Of a DNA stretch of 64,000 bases, positions 1-12,010 are shown piece by piece. Location of the stretch: assembly GCA_018380195.1 (NCBI GenBank), contig JAGZUC010000003.1, positions 55,769-119,768 of the forward strand, in the 5' to 3' direction. The stretch is from Collinsella sp. (GTDB taxonomy: Bacteria; Actinomycetota; Coriobacteriia; Coriobacteriales; Coriobacteriaceae). The position numbers were made by a program, and so were the translations under genes. The notes beneath the pieces are model-generated. The model saw nothing but the letters and a program-made list of their open reading frames with translations, was not told the DNA's origin and did no database searches. Every line of letters starts with the position of its first letter. Within the stretch, counting starts at the first letter, position 1.

Positions 1-56
1 AAAAGGCGACTGCCCTTTGTGGACGGTCGCCTTTGTTAATTGTTGTGAAGTTTGCC

Positions 57-1820
57 TTAGGCGCGAGTCTTGATCTCCTCGAGCACCTTGGCAACAAACT
101 CGTCAACGCTCATCTGAACGGTCTCGTTGGAGCGATCGCGGACGGAGATGTTGCCGGCCTCGACCTCCTTCTCGCCCAGGATGAGCATGTAGGGCGCGCG
201 GTCAATGGAGCGGGCCTCGCGGATCTTGTAGCCGATCTTCTCGTCGCGATCGTCGCAGACCACGCGAATGCCGGCCTCCTCCAGCTTGGCGCAAACCTCG
301 TGGGCGTAGTCGCGGCTCTTCTCGGAGACGGGAAGCGCCTTGACCTGCACGGGAGCCAGCCAGGTGGGGAACTTGCCCGCAAAGTGCTCAATCAGAATAC
401 CGATGAAGCGCTCGATGGAGCCAAAGCACACGCGATGCAGCATGATGGGGCGCTTCTTGGTGCCGTCGGCGTCCACGTACTCCAGATCAAAGTTGAGCGG
501 CATCTGGAAGTCCAGCTGAACGGTACCGCACTGCCAGGTGCGACCGAGCGAGTCCTCCAGGTGGAAGTCGATCTTGGGGCCATAGAAGGCGCCGTCGCCC
601 TCGTTGACCTCATAGTCCATGTGCAGCTGCTCCAGAGCGGTGCGCAGGCCCTCCTCGGCGCGAGCCCAGTCCTCGTCCGAACCCATGGAGTCCTCGGGGC
701 GGGTGGAAAGCTCAACGTGGTACTTAAAGCCAAACTTCTGGTACACGGAGTCGATGAGGTTGACCACGCCCACGATCTCGTCGGTCAGCTGGTCGGGACG
801 CACAAACAGGTGGGCGTCGTCCTGGTTAAAGCAGCGCACGCGGAACAGGCCGTGCAGGGCGCCGCGCAGCTCGTGGCGGTGCACCAGGCCAATCTCGCCG
901 GCGCGAATGGGCAGCTCGCGATAGGAGTGCGGCTTGGAGGCGTACACCAGCACGCCGCCCGGGCAGTTCATGGGCTTAATGCAGTACTCTTCGTCGTCGA
1001 TGACGGTGGAGTACATGTTGTCCTTGTAGTGGTCCCAGTGGCCCGAGGTCTTCCACAGCTGCTTGTTCATGATGAGCGGCGTGGAGATCTCCACGTAGCC
1101 GGCCTTGTGGTGAATCTCGCGCCAGTAGTCCAGCAGCGTGTTCTTAAGAATCATGCCGTTGGGCAGGAAGAACGGGAAGCCGGGGGCCTCTTCGCGCATC
1201 ATGAAGAGATCCATCTCGCGGCCGATCTTGCGATGGTCGCGTTTCTTGGCCTCCTCCAGCATGTGCATGTGCTCGTCAAGCTCTTCCTTGGTGGCAAAGG
1301 CGACGCCGTTGATGCGGGTAAGCATCTTGTTGTCCTTGTCGCCCTTCCAGTAGGCGCCCGAGACGCCGGTGAGCTTAAAGGCCTTCAGCGCCTTGGTGTA
1401 GCAGATGTGGGGGCCGACGCACATGTCGATGTAGTCGCCCTGCTGGTAGAAGGTGATGCGGGCGTCGTCGTCCAGGTCGCCGATGTGCTCGACCTTGTAC
1501 TTCTCGCCGCGCTCCTCCATAAGGGCGATGGCCTCGGCGCGGGGCTTCTCGTACACGGTGAACTTGAGGTTCTCCTTGACGATCTTCTTCATCTCGGCCT
1601 CGATCGCGGGGAAGTCGTCCTCGCTGATCTTGACGCCCTCGGGCAGATCGACGTCGTAGTAGAAGCCGTTGTCGGTCGCGGGGCCGTAGGCAAAGTCGGC
1701 CTCGGGGTACAGGCGCTTGATGGCCTGCGCCATGATGTGCGCGGCAGAGTGGCGGATGACGTGCGTGACCTCGTCCTGCGGGAGCTCGGCCGCCGAACCG
1801 TCATTGTAGAGTGCCTTCAT
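57..1820 (-). CDS. thrS: threonyl-tRNA synthetase
   Basis: Full-length ThrRS-like translation: N-terminal TGS-like region, class II core motifs, C-terminal anticodon-binding domain. Start reassigned to the ATG of MKALYNDGS, preceded by GGAGAAAACATACCC. The track ORF extends 36 codons further upstream. Confidence 0.9.
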   Translation of the reverse strand: MKALYNDGSAAELPQDEVTHVIRHSAAHIMAQAIKRLYPEADFAYGPATDNGFYYDVDLPEGVKISEDDFPAIEAEMKKIVKENLKFTVYEKPRAEAIALMEERGEKYKVEHIGDLDDDARITFYQQGDYIDMCVGPHICYTKALKAFKLTGVSGAYWKGDKDNKMLTRINGVAFATKEELDEHMHMLEEAKKRDHRKIGREMDLFMMREEAPGFPFFLPNGMILKNTLLDYWREIHHKAGYVEISTPLIMNKQLWKTSGHWDHYKDNMYSTVIDDEEYCIKPMNCPGGVLVYASKPHSYRELPIRAGEIGLVHRHELRGALHGLFRVRCFNQDDAHLFVRPDQLTDEIVGVVNLIDSVYQKFGFKYHVELSTRPEDSMGSDEDWARAEEGLRTALEQLHMDYEVNEGDGAFYGPKIDFHLEDSLGRTWQCGTVQLDFQMPLNFDLEYVDADGTKKRPIMLHRVCFGSIERFIGILIEHFAGKFPTWLAPVQVKALPVSEKSRDYAHEVCAKLEEAGIRVVCDDRDEKIGYKIREARSIDRAPYMLILGEKEVEAGNISVRDRSNETVQMSVDEFVAKVLEEIKTRA

Positions 1821-1920
1821 GGGTATGTTTTCTCCTCTCGGATGCCTGATGCAAGTGCGTGCGATGCGCTCGGCGTTTTTGACTTGCATCATTATAGGCA
1901 GGTTGCCTTGGTATACAAGC

Positions 1921-1959
1921 GCCCGCCGCACCTTAATGGCACGGCGGGCGATTTTCTAC
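1921..1959. terminator. GC-rich hairpin GCCCGCCG-N13-CGGCGGGC followed by GATTTTCTAC
   Basis: Seen directly. It lies between the 3' end of the zinc-ribbon membrane gene and the thrS start. The T-tract is on the plus strand, so the direction served is ambiguous. Confidence 0.4.
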
Positions 1960-2058
1960 GCATGCTTCATCGTGTGGGGGCGTGGCTGCTGGGCGCGCGT
2001 GTGGCTTACGCGGGATGCGCGGTGCCCGTGGCTTGCGGCCGGCCCGGCGATGGATGCG

Positions 2059-2490
2059 TTACTGGATGCGAGTTCGGCAGTAGGGGCAGACCTTCCAGTG
2101 CGCGTCGAGCGGGCGATGGCAGCTGGGGCACACGTTGCGAACCTGGGTATCGCACACGGGGCAGACCACAAAGTCCTTCTCGATGGGGGCGCCGCACTGC
2201 GGGCAGGCGCCGTACTGGGCAAGCTGGCGCTCGCGCAGGGCCATGTCCAGCTCCTGCTCCTCGCGGTCGGCCGCGTAGGAGTGCGGGCGCAGGACCAGGT
2301 AGGCGATGAGGCCCACAAACGGGATGAGGGCGATGATGCCCCATGCCACGTAGGCGCTGGCGCCGCGGCGGCGGGCGTCGATGAACACATAGACGACCGA
2401 CAGCACGTACAGGGCGATGATAAAGCCAACAAAGGCATAGACGACGCCCATGAGCTGCGGCGACATGAGCTCGGAGATGTACTTGGACAT
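2059..2490 (-). CDS. small membrane protein (PLD-nuclease-N-like two-helix domain) with C-terminal double zinc ribbon
   Basis: Two predicted hydrophobic helices, then paired CxxC motifs (CPQC...CPVC...CPSC...CPYC). Start taken at MSKYISEL. Family assignment comes from the sequence pattern only. Confidence 0.6.
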   Translation of the reverse strand: MSKYISELMSPQLMGVVYAFVGFIIALYVLSVVYVFIDARRRGASAYVAWGIIALIPFVGLIAYLVLRPHSYAADREEQELDMALRERQLAQYGACPQCGAPIEKDFVVCPVCDTQVRNVCPSCHRPLDAHWKVCPYCRTRIQ

Positions 2491-2583
2491 TACGGGTACC
2501 TTTCGGAATATTAACAGTCCGGTCAAGTTTACCACGGGGTTTGTTTATATGGGACCACGGCTAGGGGCGGGGCTAGCGCGGAC

Positions 2584-2733
2584 ACAAACATCTCAATCTG
2601 TAACAGGTGGGAGCGGAATCCGGTCCTAGATGTTACAGATCGAGACAAACGGAGGACCCGCCAGACTAACGTCTCAATCTGTAACAACTGGGACCCAAAT
2701 CCTCGTCTAAATGTTACAGATCGAGACGAACGG
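2584..2733. repeat. tandem pair of diverged ~67-70 bp hairpin units
   Basis: Each unit has arms TCTCAATCTGTAACA / TGTTACAGATCGAGAC (15-16 bp inverted repeat) around a diverged ~25 nt loop and ends in AACGG. Unit 1 is ~2584-2652 and unit 2 is ~2667-2733. Confidence 0.8.
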
Positions 2734-2896
2734 TTGCCGTAGTTGTCTGCAGACGAGCTTGTCGACGTTGCCGGGTCTCCCCTCGTCTGCCGTTGGCGGG
2801 TGCTGCGGGGCTGTTCGCCGCATTGCCGCCGCGCTGGGGGTATGCAGACCGTAGGATAGTCTTATTGACGGCCTGTCAACTCGTCTGGGAGGCACT

Positions 2897-4354
2897 GTGA
2901 CAGAAACGTTTGATATCGCGATTGTCGGCGCGGGCATCACGGGATGCGTCATCGCGCGACAGCTCGCGAGATTTGACCTTTCCATTTGCGTGGTCGAGGC
3001 GACCAACGACATCGCGCTGGGCGCGTCGAAGGCCAACGGCGGCCTGGTGCACGCCGGCTACGATCCTGCGCCGGGCACGGTAAAGGCGCAGGTCAACGCC
3101 CGTGGTTGCGAGCTATATGGCACATGGGCCCAGGAGCTGGGCTTTCTGTTCTGCCGCACCGGGTCGATGGTGTTGGGCTTTAACGACGAGGACCGCGCGC
3201 AGCTGGAGAAGCTGCGGTGCAACGCCCTTGCCAACGGTGTGCCCGAACTGTCGATTATCGGCCCCGAGCGCATCCACGAGCTGGAGCCGCGCGCGAGTGC
3301 CCAGGTCTCGTGCGCGTTGTGGTGCCCTTCGACCGGTTACGTCGACCCGTTTGAAGTGGCCATCGCTGCACTAGAGAACGCAGTTGCCAACGGCGCGACG
3401 TTTATGCGCTCTGCGCCGGTGGAAGGCATTGAAGTTGCCGGCTCAGATGACGGAGCCGTGCGCTTTACGCTGGCGACCCCCGCTGGCAACGTACGCTGCC
3501 GCTACCTGATCAACGCCGCGGGCAACGGCGCCGCCGACATCTCGCATATGGCGGGCGCCGAGGAGTACCAGATGGTCTGGCGTCAGGGCAACATCGTGGT
3601 GCTGGACAAGGAGCCGCGCACGCTCATGCCGCTCTACCCCGTGCCGACGCCGGTGTCGAAGGGCGTTATCGTGACGGGCACCGTGCACGGCAACACCGTG
3701 ATTACCGCAACCGCCGCTGTGCGCGAGCCGGGCGATACACAGACCTACGCGACCGATATCAACGCGCTCCTGACCGGCGCTCGCAAGCTGGTGCCCGATC
3801 TGGACACGCGTCGCGTGGTGCGCGCATTTGCCGGCGGTCGCCCGGTCATTCAGGGAACGAACGACTTCTTTATTGGACAGTCGGCCGTTGTGCCGGGGCT
3901 TTTCCAGGCGGCGGGCATTCAGTCGCCGGGCGTGGCAAGCGCACCGGCCATTGCCGAGCGCATGGAGCACGTACTGCGCAATGCCGGCGTGGCCCTGCGC
4001 GAACGCGCCGATTGGGATCCAATACGCCGCGCGCCGGACGACTTTGACCGCGCGCCGCTTGCGCGCAAGAAGGAGCTCATTGAGTCCGGCCCTGCATGGG
4101 GGCAGATCGTCTGCCGCTGCGAGACGGTGCCCGAGGCCGAGATTGTTGCCGCGATTCGACGCCGCCCGGGCGCGGTTTCGGTCGAAGGCGTCAAACGCCG
4201 CTGCCGCGCGGGTATGGGCCGCTGCCAGAGTGGCTTTTGCCAGAGCCGCGTGGTGACGATTCTTGCCCGCGAGCTGGGCTGCGACCCCAGCGAGGTGTTG
4301 TTAGAGGATACCGGATCTTGGTTGGTTGAGGGACCGCTGAAGGGGGTGCGCTAG
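2897..4354 (+). CDS. FAD-dependent oxidoreductase, GlpA/L-2-hydroxyglutarate-oxidase-like, with C-terminal BFD-like [2Fe-2S] domain
   Basis: N-terminal GxGxxG FAD motif (IAIVGAGITG). C-terminal Cys cluster CRCE...CRAGMGRCQSGFC. GTG start preceded by GGGAGG. Confidence 0.8.
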   Translation: MTETFDIAIVGAGITGCVIARQLARFDLSICVVEATNDIALGASKANGGLVHAGYDPAPGTVKAQVNARGCELYGTWAQELGFLFCRTGSMVLGFNDEDRAQLEKLRCNALANGVPELSIIGPERIHELEPRASAQVSCALWCPSTGYVDPFEVAIAALENAVANGATFMRSAPVEGIEVAGSDDGAVRFTLATPAGNVRCRYLINAAGNGAADISHMAGAEEYQMVWRQGNIVVLDKEPRTLMPLYPVPTPVSKGVIVTGTVHGNTVITATAAVREPGDTQTYATDINALLTGARKLVPDLDTRRVVRAFAGGRPVIQGTNDFFIGQSAVVPGLFQAAGIQSPGVASAPAIAERMEHVLRNAGVALRERADWDPIRRAPDDFDRAPLARKKELIESGPAWGQIVCRCETVPEAEIVAAIRRRPGAVSVEGVKRRCRAGMGRCQSGFCQSRVVTILARELGCDPSEVLLEDTGSWLVEGPLKGVR

Positions 4355-4355
4355 G

Positions 4356-5747
4356 ATGGCGACGGATATCGAGATGGACGCTGGACGAGACGTCATGATT
4401 GCTGCCGCGGGTGGCGTGCCGATGCAGGCCTTCGACGTGGTCGTTATCGGTGGCGGACCCGCCGGCATGGCGGCAGCTCTCGCCGCGCACAAGGCCGGCG
4501 CACGCGCGGCCATCGTGGAGCGCGAGCAGCATCTGGGCGGAATTCTCCGCCAGTGCATCCACCCCGGTTTTGGGCTTTCGCACTTTAAGCAGGAGCTCAC
4601 CGGTCCCGAGTACGCGCAGCGCTTTATCGACCAGGTGCGCGAGACCGACATTGCGCTGTTCTTGGACAGCATGGTGATTGGGATTGACGGGGACGCGGAT
4701 GCGGCGGATGACTCGGGCGCGGGCAACGCCGCGATTCACACCGTCACGCTCATGAATCCCGCCGGCATGCTGCAGCTCGCCGGACGTGCGGTCGTCCTTG
4801 CCATGGGTTGCCGTGAGCGTACCCGCAGCGAGATCAAGATTCCCGGCAGCCGTCCCGCCGGCGTGTTTACGGCCGGCTTGGCGCAGCGATACATCAATAT
4901 CGAAAACCTCAAACCCGGCTCGCGAGCCGTCATTTTAGGCTCAGGCGACATCGGGCTGATCATGGCGCGCCGTTGCACGCTCGAGGGGATTTCCGTCGAG
5001 GGGGTGTACGAGCTCATGCCGTACGCCAACGGCCTGCGCCGCAACGTCAAAAACTGCCTGGACGATTTTGGCATTCCACTGCATCTGTCGACCACGGTCA
5101 CGCGCGTAATCGGGCACGACCGCGTGGAGGCCGTCGAGGTGAGCCAGGTCGACGAGCACCTGGCGCCCATTCCGGGGACCGAGCGCATTGTTCCGTGCGA
5201 CACGCTGCTGCTTTCGGTGGGCTTGATTCCCGAGAACGAGCTTTCGGTGGGCGCCGGCGTTGAGTTGGACCCACGCACACGCGGCGCCGTGGTGGACCAG
5301 AGCCTGCAGACGGGCGTGCCGGGCATATTTGCCTGCGGCAACGTTCTGCACGTGCACGATCTGGCCGATAACGTAACGACCGAGTCCGAGCGCGCCGGCG
5401 CGGCTGCGGCGGCATGGGCGTTGAGTAGCGGCACGGGCGCTGGGACGGACGCCGTGAGCGCGAGCTGCGAGCTCGCGGTCTCCCCCGCCGGCATTGCCGG
5501 CTACGCACTGCCGGGACGCATCACGGCCGCGGCGCTCACCAAGGTCAACTTCCGCGTGCGCCGGCCAGTCGATGCCGCCCGAGTGCGCCTCCTGGTTAAC
5601 GGCGAGGAACTGTTCGCCGGCAAGGTACGAGCGTTTAAGCCGAGCGTCATGGAAAACTTCCCGCTGCCGGCAAAAATCATTCAGGGAGCGCTTGACCTTG
5701 GCGCTAGCGAAATCGTCTTGTCCGTCGATCCCGTTGAGGAGTCATAA
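4356..5747 (+). CDS. NAD(P)/FAD-dependent pyridine nucleotide-disulfide-type oxidoreductase
   Basis: Two Rossmann motifs (VVVIGGGPAG and AVILGSGDIG) and a C-terminal ACGNV motif. Start is 1 nt after the upstream stop. An internal start at MQAFDVVVIGG is possible. Confidence 0.75.
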   Translation: MATDIEMDAGRDVMIAAAGGVPMQAFDVVVIGGGPAGMAAALAAHKAGARAAIVEREQHLGGILRQCIHPGFGLSHFKQELTGPEYAQRFIDQVRETDIALFLDSMVIGIDGDADAADDSGAGNAAIHTVTLMNPAGMLQLAGRAVVLAMGCRERTRSEIKIPGSRPAGVFTAGLAQRYINIENLKPGSRAVILGSGDIGLIMARRCTLEGISVEGVYELMPYANGLRRNVKNCLDDFGIPLHLSTTVTRVIGHDRVEAVEVSQVDEHLAPIPGTERIVPCDTLLLSVGLIPENELSVGAGVELDPRTRGAVVDQSLQTGVPGIFACGNVLHVHDLADNVTTESERAGAAAAAWALSSGTGAGTDAVSASCELAVSPAGIAGYALPGRITAAALTKVNFRVRRPVDAARVRLLVNGEELFAGKVRAFKPSVMENFPLPAKIIQGALDLGASEIVLSVDPVEES

Positions 5748-5750
5748 ACC

Positions 5751-6149
5751 GTGAGCGATAACGTGATTGAGACGTTGCAGTTCAACTGCACGACCTGCCC
5801 GTCCGAGTGCCTCCTGGCCGTGGAAGTCGAACGCGATGCCGATGGTACCGTGGTGGATGTGCGCTCCGTAACCGGCAACAGCTGCCCGCGCGGCGACAAG
5901 TTCGCGCATCAGGAGCTCACCTGCCCCATGCGCGTGCTCACCACCACCGTGGCCGTCTCCGGCGGCGGCGAGCCACTGCTCCCCGTCCGTACGGCCGAGG
6001 CCATCCCGCTTGCGCTCCACGCCCAAGCCATGGCCCTCATCCGCGGCGTGGTCGTTGAGGCCCCCATCCGCATGGGCGACGTCGTGTTCCCCAACCTCCT
6101 CAACACGGGCATCGACCTCATCGCCAGCATGGACATCGACCCAGCCTAA
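5751..6149 (+). CDS. DUF1667-like small Cys-containing protein
   Basis: CTTCPSEC...CPRG...CPM pattern. Third gene of the conserved oxidoreductase/oxidoreductase/DUF1667 trio. GTG start 10 nt after GAGGAG. Confidence 0.65.
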   Translation: MSDNVIETLQFNCTTCPSECLLAVEVERDADGTVVDVRSVTGNSCPRGDKFAHQELTCPMRVLTTTVAVSGGGEPLLPVRTAEAIPLALHAQAMALIRGVVVEAPIRMGDVVFPNLLNTGIDLIASMDIDPA

Positions 6150-6277
6150 GCAGCTAATTTAGGACGGGCTCTTTTATCTGCTTTTACAAGGAGTGTCCCC
6201 AGGTGCCGGCATAAAAGGAACGTCCCTATCTGCCGGGCATGGGATACCATGGTGGCAACCTAACGAAAGGATGTTTC

Positions 6278-7366
6278 ATGGCACATGTCGATGACCAGCG
6301 TGTGGCGCGCGTGCTCGATGCGCTCGAGGGTCAGCACCCCGGCGCGCAACTGCTTGTAAACGACCCGTGGTCGATTTATTACCTGACCGGCTTTTATGCC
6401 GATATGTTCGAGCGTTTTTGCGGCGTGCTGCTCGTGCGCAATGCCGAGCCCGTGATCCTGGTCAACGCGCTGCATCAGCTACCCGAGTATGACAATGCCC
6501 GCGTGGCCTATCACACCGATACCGACGTCGTGACCGACGCCATCGTTCGCGAGATCGATCCGACCAAACCGCTCGGTATCGACACCGTCATGCGCTCTGG
6601 CTTTTTGATGCCCCTTATGGAGCGCCACGCCGCGAGCGAGTTTTTCCTGGGCGACTTTACCGTCACCGCCGCGCGCACCTACAAAGACGCCGCCGAGCAG
6701 GAGCTCATGCGCGTGTCCTCGGCAGTCAACGACGCCGTGATGGCCGACGCGATCAAACTCGTCCACGAGGGCGTGACGGAGCGCGAAATCGCCGACCAAA
6801 TGCTCGGCCTGTATCGCAAGCACGGCTGCGAGGGCTTTAGCTTTCCGCCCATCGTGAGCTTTGGCGCCAACGCCGGAGACCCCCATCACGAGCCCGACGA
6901 TACGGTACTCAAGCGCGGCGACGTGGTGCTGTTCGACATTGGCGGGCGTCATCGCAATTACTGCTCGGACATGACGCGCACGTTCTTTTGGGGCGAGCCG
7001 GACGAGGAGACCGCAGACATCTACGACATCGTGCGCCGCGCCAACGAGGCCGCCGAGGCGCTCATCGCACCGGGCGTGCGCATGTGCGACCTGGACCGAG
7101 CCGCGCGCAACGTGATTGAGGATGCGGGCTATGGCCAGTTCTTTACGCACCGTCTGGGACACTCAATCGGCCTGCAGGACCACGAGCCGGGCGACGTTTC
7201 ACTTGTCAACGAGCAGGTTATCGAGCCGGGCATGACCTTCTCCATCGAACCGGGCATCTACCTCCCCGGCCGCACCGGCGTCCGCATCGAGGACCTGGCC
7301 CTCGTGACCGAGCCCGGCGTCGAGATCCTCAACGCCTACCCCCACGACCCAGTCCGCCTAGACTAG
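6278..7366 (+). CDS. Xaa-Pro aminopeptidase / M24 family metallopeptidase
   Basis: Pita-bread fold metal ligands (DIGG...D...HRLGHSIGL...E...E pattern). ATG of MAHVDDQ preceded by AAAGGA. Confidence 0.8.
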   Translation: MAHVDDQRVARVLDALEGQHPGAQLLVNDPWSIYYLTGFYADMFERFCGVLLVRNAEPVILVNALHQLPEYDNARVAYHTDTDVVTDAIVREIDPTKPLGIDTVMRSGFLMPLMERHAASEFFLGDFTVTAARTYKDAAEQELMRVSSAVNDAVMADAIKLVHEGVTEREIADQMLGLYRKHGCEGFSFPPIVSFGANAGDPHHEPDDTVLKRGDVVLFDIGGRHRNYCSDMTRTFFWGEPDEETADIYDIVRRANEAAEALIAPGVRMCDLDRAARNVIEDAGYGQFFTHRLGHSIGLQDHEPGDVSLVNEQVIEPGMTFSIEPGIYLPGRTGVRIEDLALVTEPGVEILNAYPHDPVRLD

Positions 7367-7390
7367 GCACGCCACCAAAGCTCCCCTAGA

Positions 7391-7457
7391 AGTTGCGGTG
7401 AAATAGGGACTGTTCAAGGCTTCTAGCCCATAAAACAGTCCCTATTTCACCGCAACT
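7391..7457. repeat. palindromic element copy 1 (AGTTGCGGTGAAATAGGGACTGTT-loop-AACAGTCCCTATTTCACCGCAACT)
   Basis: Perfect 24 bp stem seen directly. Lies between the convergent M24 peptidase (+) and folC (-) genes. Flanked by CCCCTAGA and GATGAGGGG. Confidence 0.9.
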
Positions 7458-7471
7458 GATGAGGGGATGGG

Positions 7472-8815
7472 TTAGCGCAGCAAGCCTGCCACTTCGCCGG
7501 CTAGGGTGATGGTGCCGGCTGCTACGAAGGGCTCGTTGGCGGCTTCGAAGGCGGCGAGGGCCTCGGATACGCTCGGGTACACGCCCGCGAGTTTGTCAGC
7601 ATCCACCAGCGCGGCGAGTTCCTCTGCCGGCAGGGCGCGGTCGGAATCGGTCTGGGTCACGACTACGCGCGGGAAGGCCGGGATCAGCACGTCGACGATG
7701 CCCGCCACGTCCTTGTCGGCCAGCGCGGCACACAGCAGCGTGGGACGATTCTCTACGCACGGATCGATCTCATCCAGGGCGCTCACAAAGTTCTCGCAGC
7801 TCTGAGGGTTATGGCAGGCGTCAATCAGCTTGAGTGGATCGGTACCCAGCACATCAAAACGACCCGGCGTGGGACAGCCCATAAGCGAGGCATCGAGCGC
7901 GTCGTGATTGAGCTCGCGACCCAGATACCCCTCGCACAGCATAATCGCGCACGCGGCATTCTGCGGCTGATAGGCCGGCTTGACCATGCTCGACGTATAG
8001 ATCGCACGCGGCGTGGTGCAGCTAAACTCAACCGTGTCGCCCACGTGTTCCGGCAACTTGGTCGTAGCGTGACTTACCACGAGCGGCACAACGCCGCACT
8101 CGCGACAACGCGTATCCATCACACACTGAACACTCGCCTCATGCGTACCCTCGCCCAAAACAACCAGGCGCCCAGGCTTAATAACCGCAGCCTTCTCCCC
8201 CGCAATAGCCTCGAGCGTATCGCCAAGGACCTTCATATGGTCAAGCCCAATGCCCGTAATGGCGACGGCCACAGGATCGGTCGCACTCGTTGCATCCCAA
8301 CGTCCGCCCATGCCAACCTCAAGCACGGCAACATCCACCGCGGCCTCGGCAAACACCACAAGTGCGGCAGCCGTCAGCAGGTCAAACGGTGTGATGGTAT
8401 AGGCGCGCTCCCCCGCCGCCAAACGGTGCGCATTCACCCGACGCCCAGCCTCAACAGCGGCAGAAACACCACGGGCAAAGGCCTCGTCGTTCACAACGCG
8501 CCCATCGACCTCCATGCGCTCGGGATAGCGCACCAACTGCGGCGACGTATACAGCGCGGTCTTTAACCCCTCGCCACGAAGGATGGCAGCCGAAAAACGC
8601 GTGGTCGAAGTCTTGCCATTAGTACCGGCAACCTGAATGCAATCGAAATACTCATCCGGACGCCCCAGCTCATCGAGCATGTCGACAACCGTCTCAAGCA
8701 GAGGCCCAGCATCCCCAGAAATCCGCCCCGTATCAGCAGCAAGTCCCACAGCCTCACCAAACGAAAGCAACTCAAACGAGAACGGCACAGAATACGACCC
8801 CGAACGCTTAGGCAT
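7472..8815 (-). CDS. folC: folylpolyglutamate synthase / dihydrofolate synthase
   Basis: Mur-ligase family with P-loop VAGTNGKTST and FolC-like C-terminus. Start at MPKRSGS with GAGGGGA upstream. Confidence 0.85.
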   Translation of the reverse strand: MPKRSGSYSVPFSFELLSFGEAVGLAADTGRISGDAGPLLETVVDMLDELGRPDEYFDCIQVAGTNGKTSTTRFSAAILRGEGLKTALYTSPQLVRYPERMEVDGRVVNDEAFARGVSAAVEAGRRVNAHRLAAGERAYTITPFDLLTAAALVVFAEAAVDVAVLEVGMGGRWDATSATDPVAVAITGIGLDHMKVLGDTLEAIAGEKAAVIKPGRLVVLGEGTHEASVQCVMDTRCRECGVVPLVVSHATTKLPEHVGDTVEFSCTTPRAIYTSSMVKPAYQPQNAACAIMLCEGYLGRELNHDALDASLMGCPTPGRFDVLGTDPLKLIDACHNPQSCENFVSALDEIDPCVENRPTLLCAALADKDVAGIVDVLIPAFPRVVVTQTDSDRALPAEELAALVDADKLAGVYPSVSEALAAFEAANEPFVAAGTITLAGEVAGLLR

Positions 8816-8975
8816 AAACCAAAGTCCCCTCAACATAAAAAGAGGCCCGTAACAAACAACGAGCCCCTCCCATTCAAAATATCAGCCAAACACCGCTTTG
8901 CAGCGAGATCAAGGCCACAACCAAGTGACCCTTACATGCTAGGTACAGTCAACCACGTAAACGAACTAGGAGCGG

Positions 8976-9076
8976 CCCGACGCTTTGCTCGGTACAAGTT
9001 CCGCACGCAAAGGACAGCACTAAATGTGCTGTCCGTCTTGCGCAGGACTGTTCGCAGTAGCGAGCAAAGCGTCGGG
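8976..9076. repeat. nested palindrome (element B): outer 16 bp inverted repeat CCCGACGCTTTGCTCG/CGAGCAAAGCGTCGGG enclosing GGACAGCAC-TAAAT-GTGCTGTCC
   Basis: Seen directly between the valS stop and the folC start. Its central core is homologous, in inverse orientation, to element A at 11813-11926. Confidence 0.85.
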
Positions 9077-9095
9077 ACGCGTCCCCGAGTAAACC

Positions 9096-11792
<2,697 letters not shown>

Positions 11793-11812
11793 ATATCTCT
11801 CCCTTGCCCGTC

Positions 11813-11926
11813 GGCGTGTCCGCCTGCTTGGTTTTCGCTCGGTCAGGTCCTGGGCTCGCACGAAGAGCACATTTAGTGCTCTTCGGCTCGTGCGGAATCT
11901 ACGAAAACCAAGCAGGCGGACACGCC
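11813..11926. repeat. nested palindrome (element A) in the valS 5' leader: 25 bp perfect inverted repeat GGCGTGTCCGCCTGCTTGGTTTTCG/CGAAAACCAAGCAGGCGGACACGCC around GAGCAC-ATTTA-GTGCTC
   Basis: Seen directly. Predicts a ~114 nt hairpin in the valS leader transcript ending ~20 nt before the ribosome-binding site. Confidence 0.85.
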
Positions 11927-12010
11927 TTAGGTATCGATTACTTCAGTCTGTAATGACTTCGCTGAGGCTTAAACAAACACACAGAATAACACAGGTAGTT
12001 GGGGTTATTG

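Noticed and set aside
33-2309. 758 aa plus-strand ORF antisense to thrS. Similar long antisense ORFs lie at 9720-11876, 15785-18724, 19905-21254, 28283-30256, 30058-31656, 32959-34785, 36041-37510, 37964-40537, 41184-42926 and 59343-61007.
   Set aside because: Low-complexity Ala/Gly/Arg/Val-rich translations typical of stop-poor frames in ~65% GC DNA. No ribosome-binding sites. Each overlaps a well-supported gene on the other strand.
8976-9076. Nested palindrome downstream of valS as tRNA-Sec (selC) or another tRNA.
   Set aside because: The 16 bp outer stem, missing T-loop GTTCRA motif, and absence of a UCA anticodon arm do not fit a tRNA.
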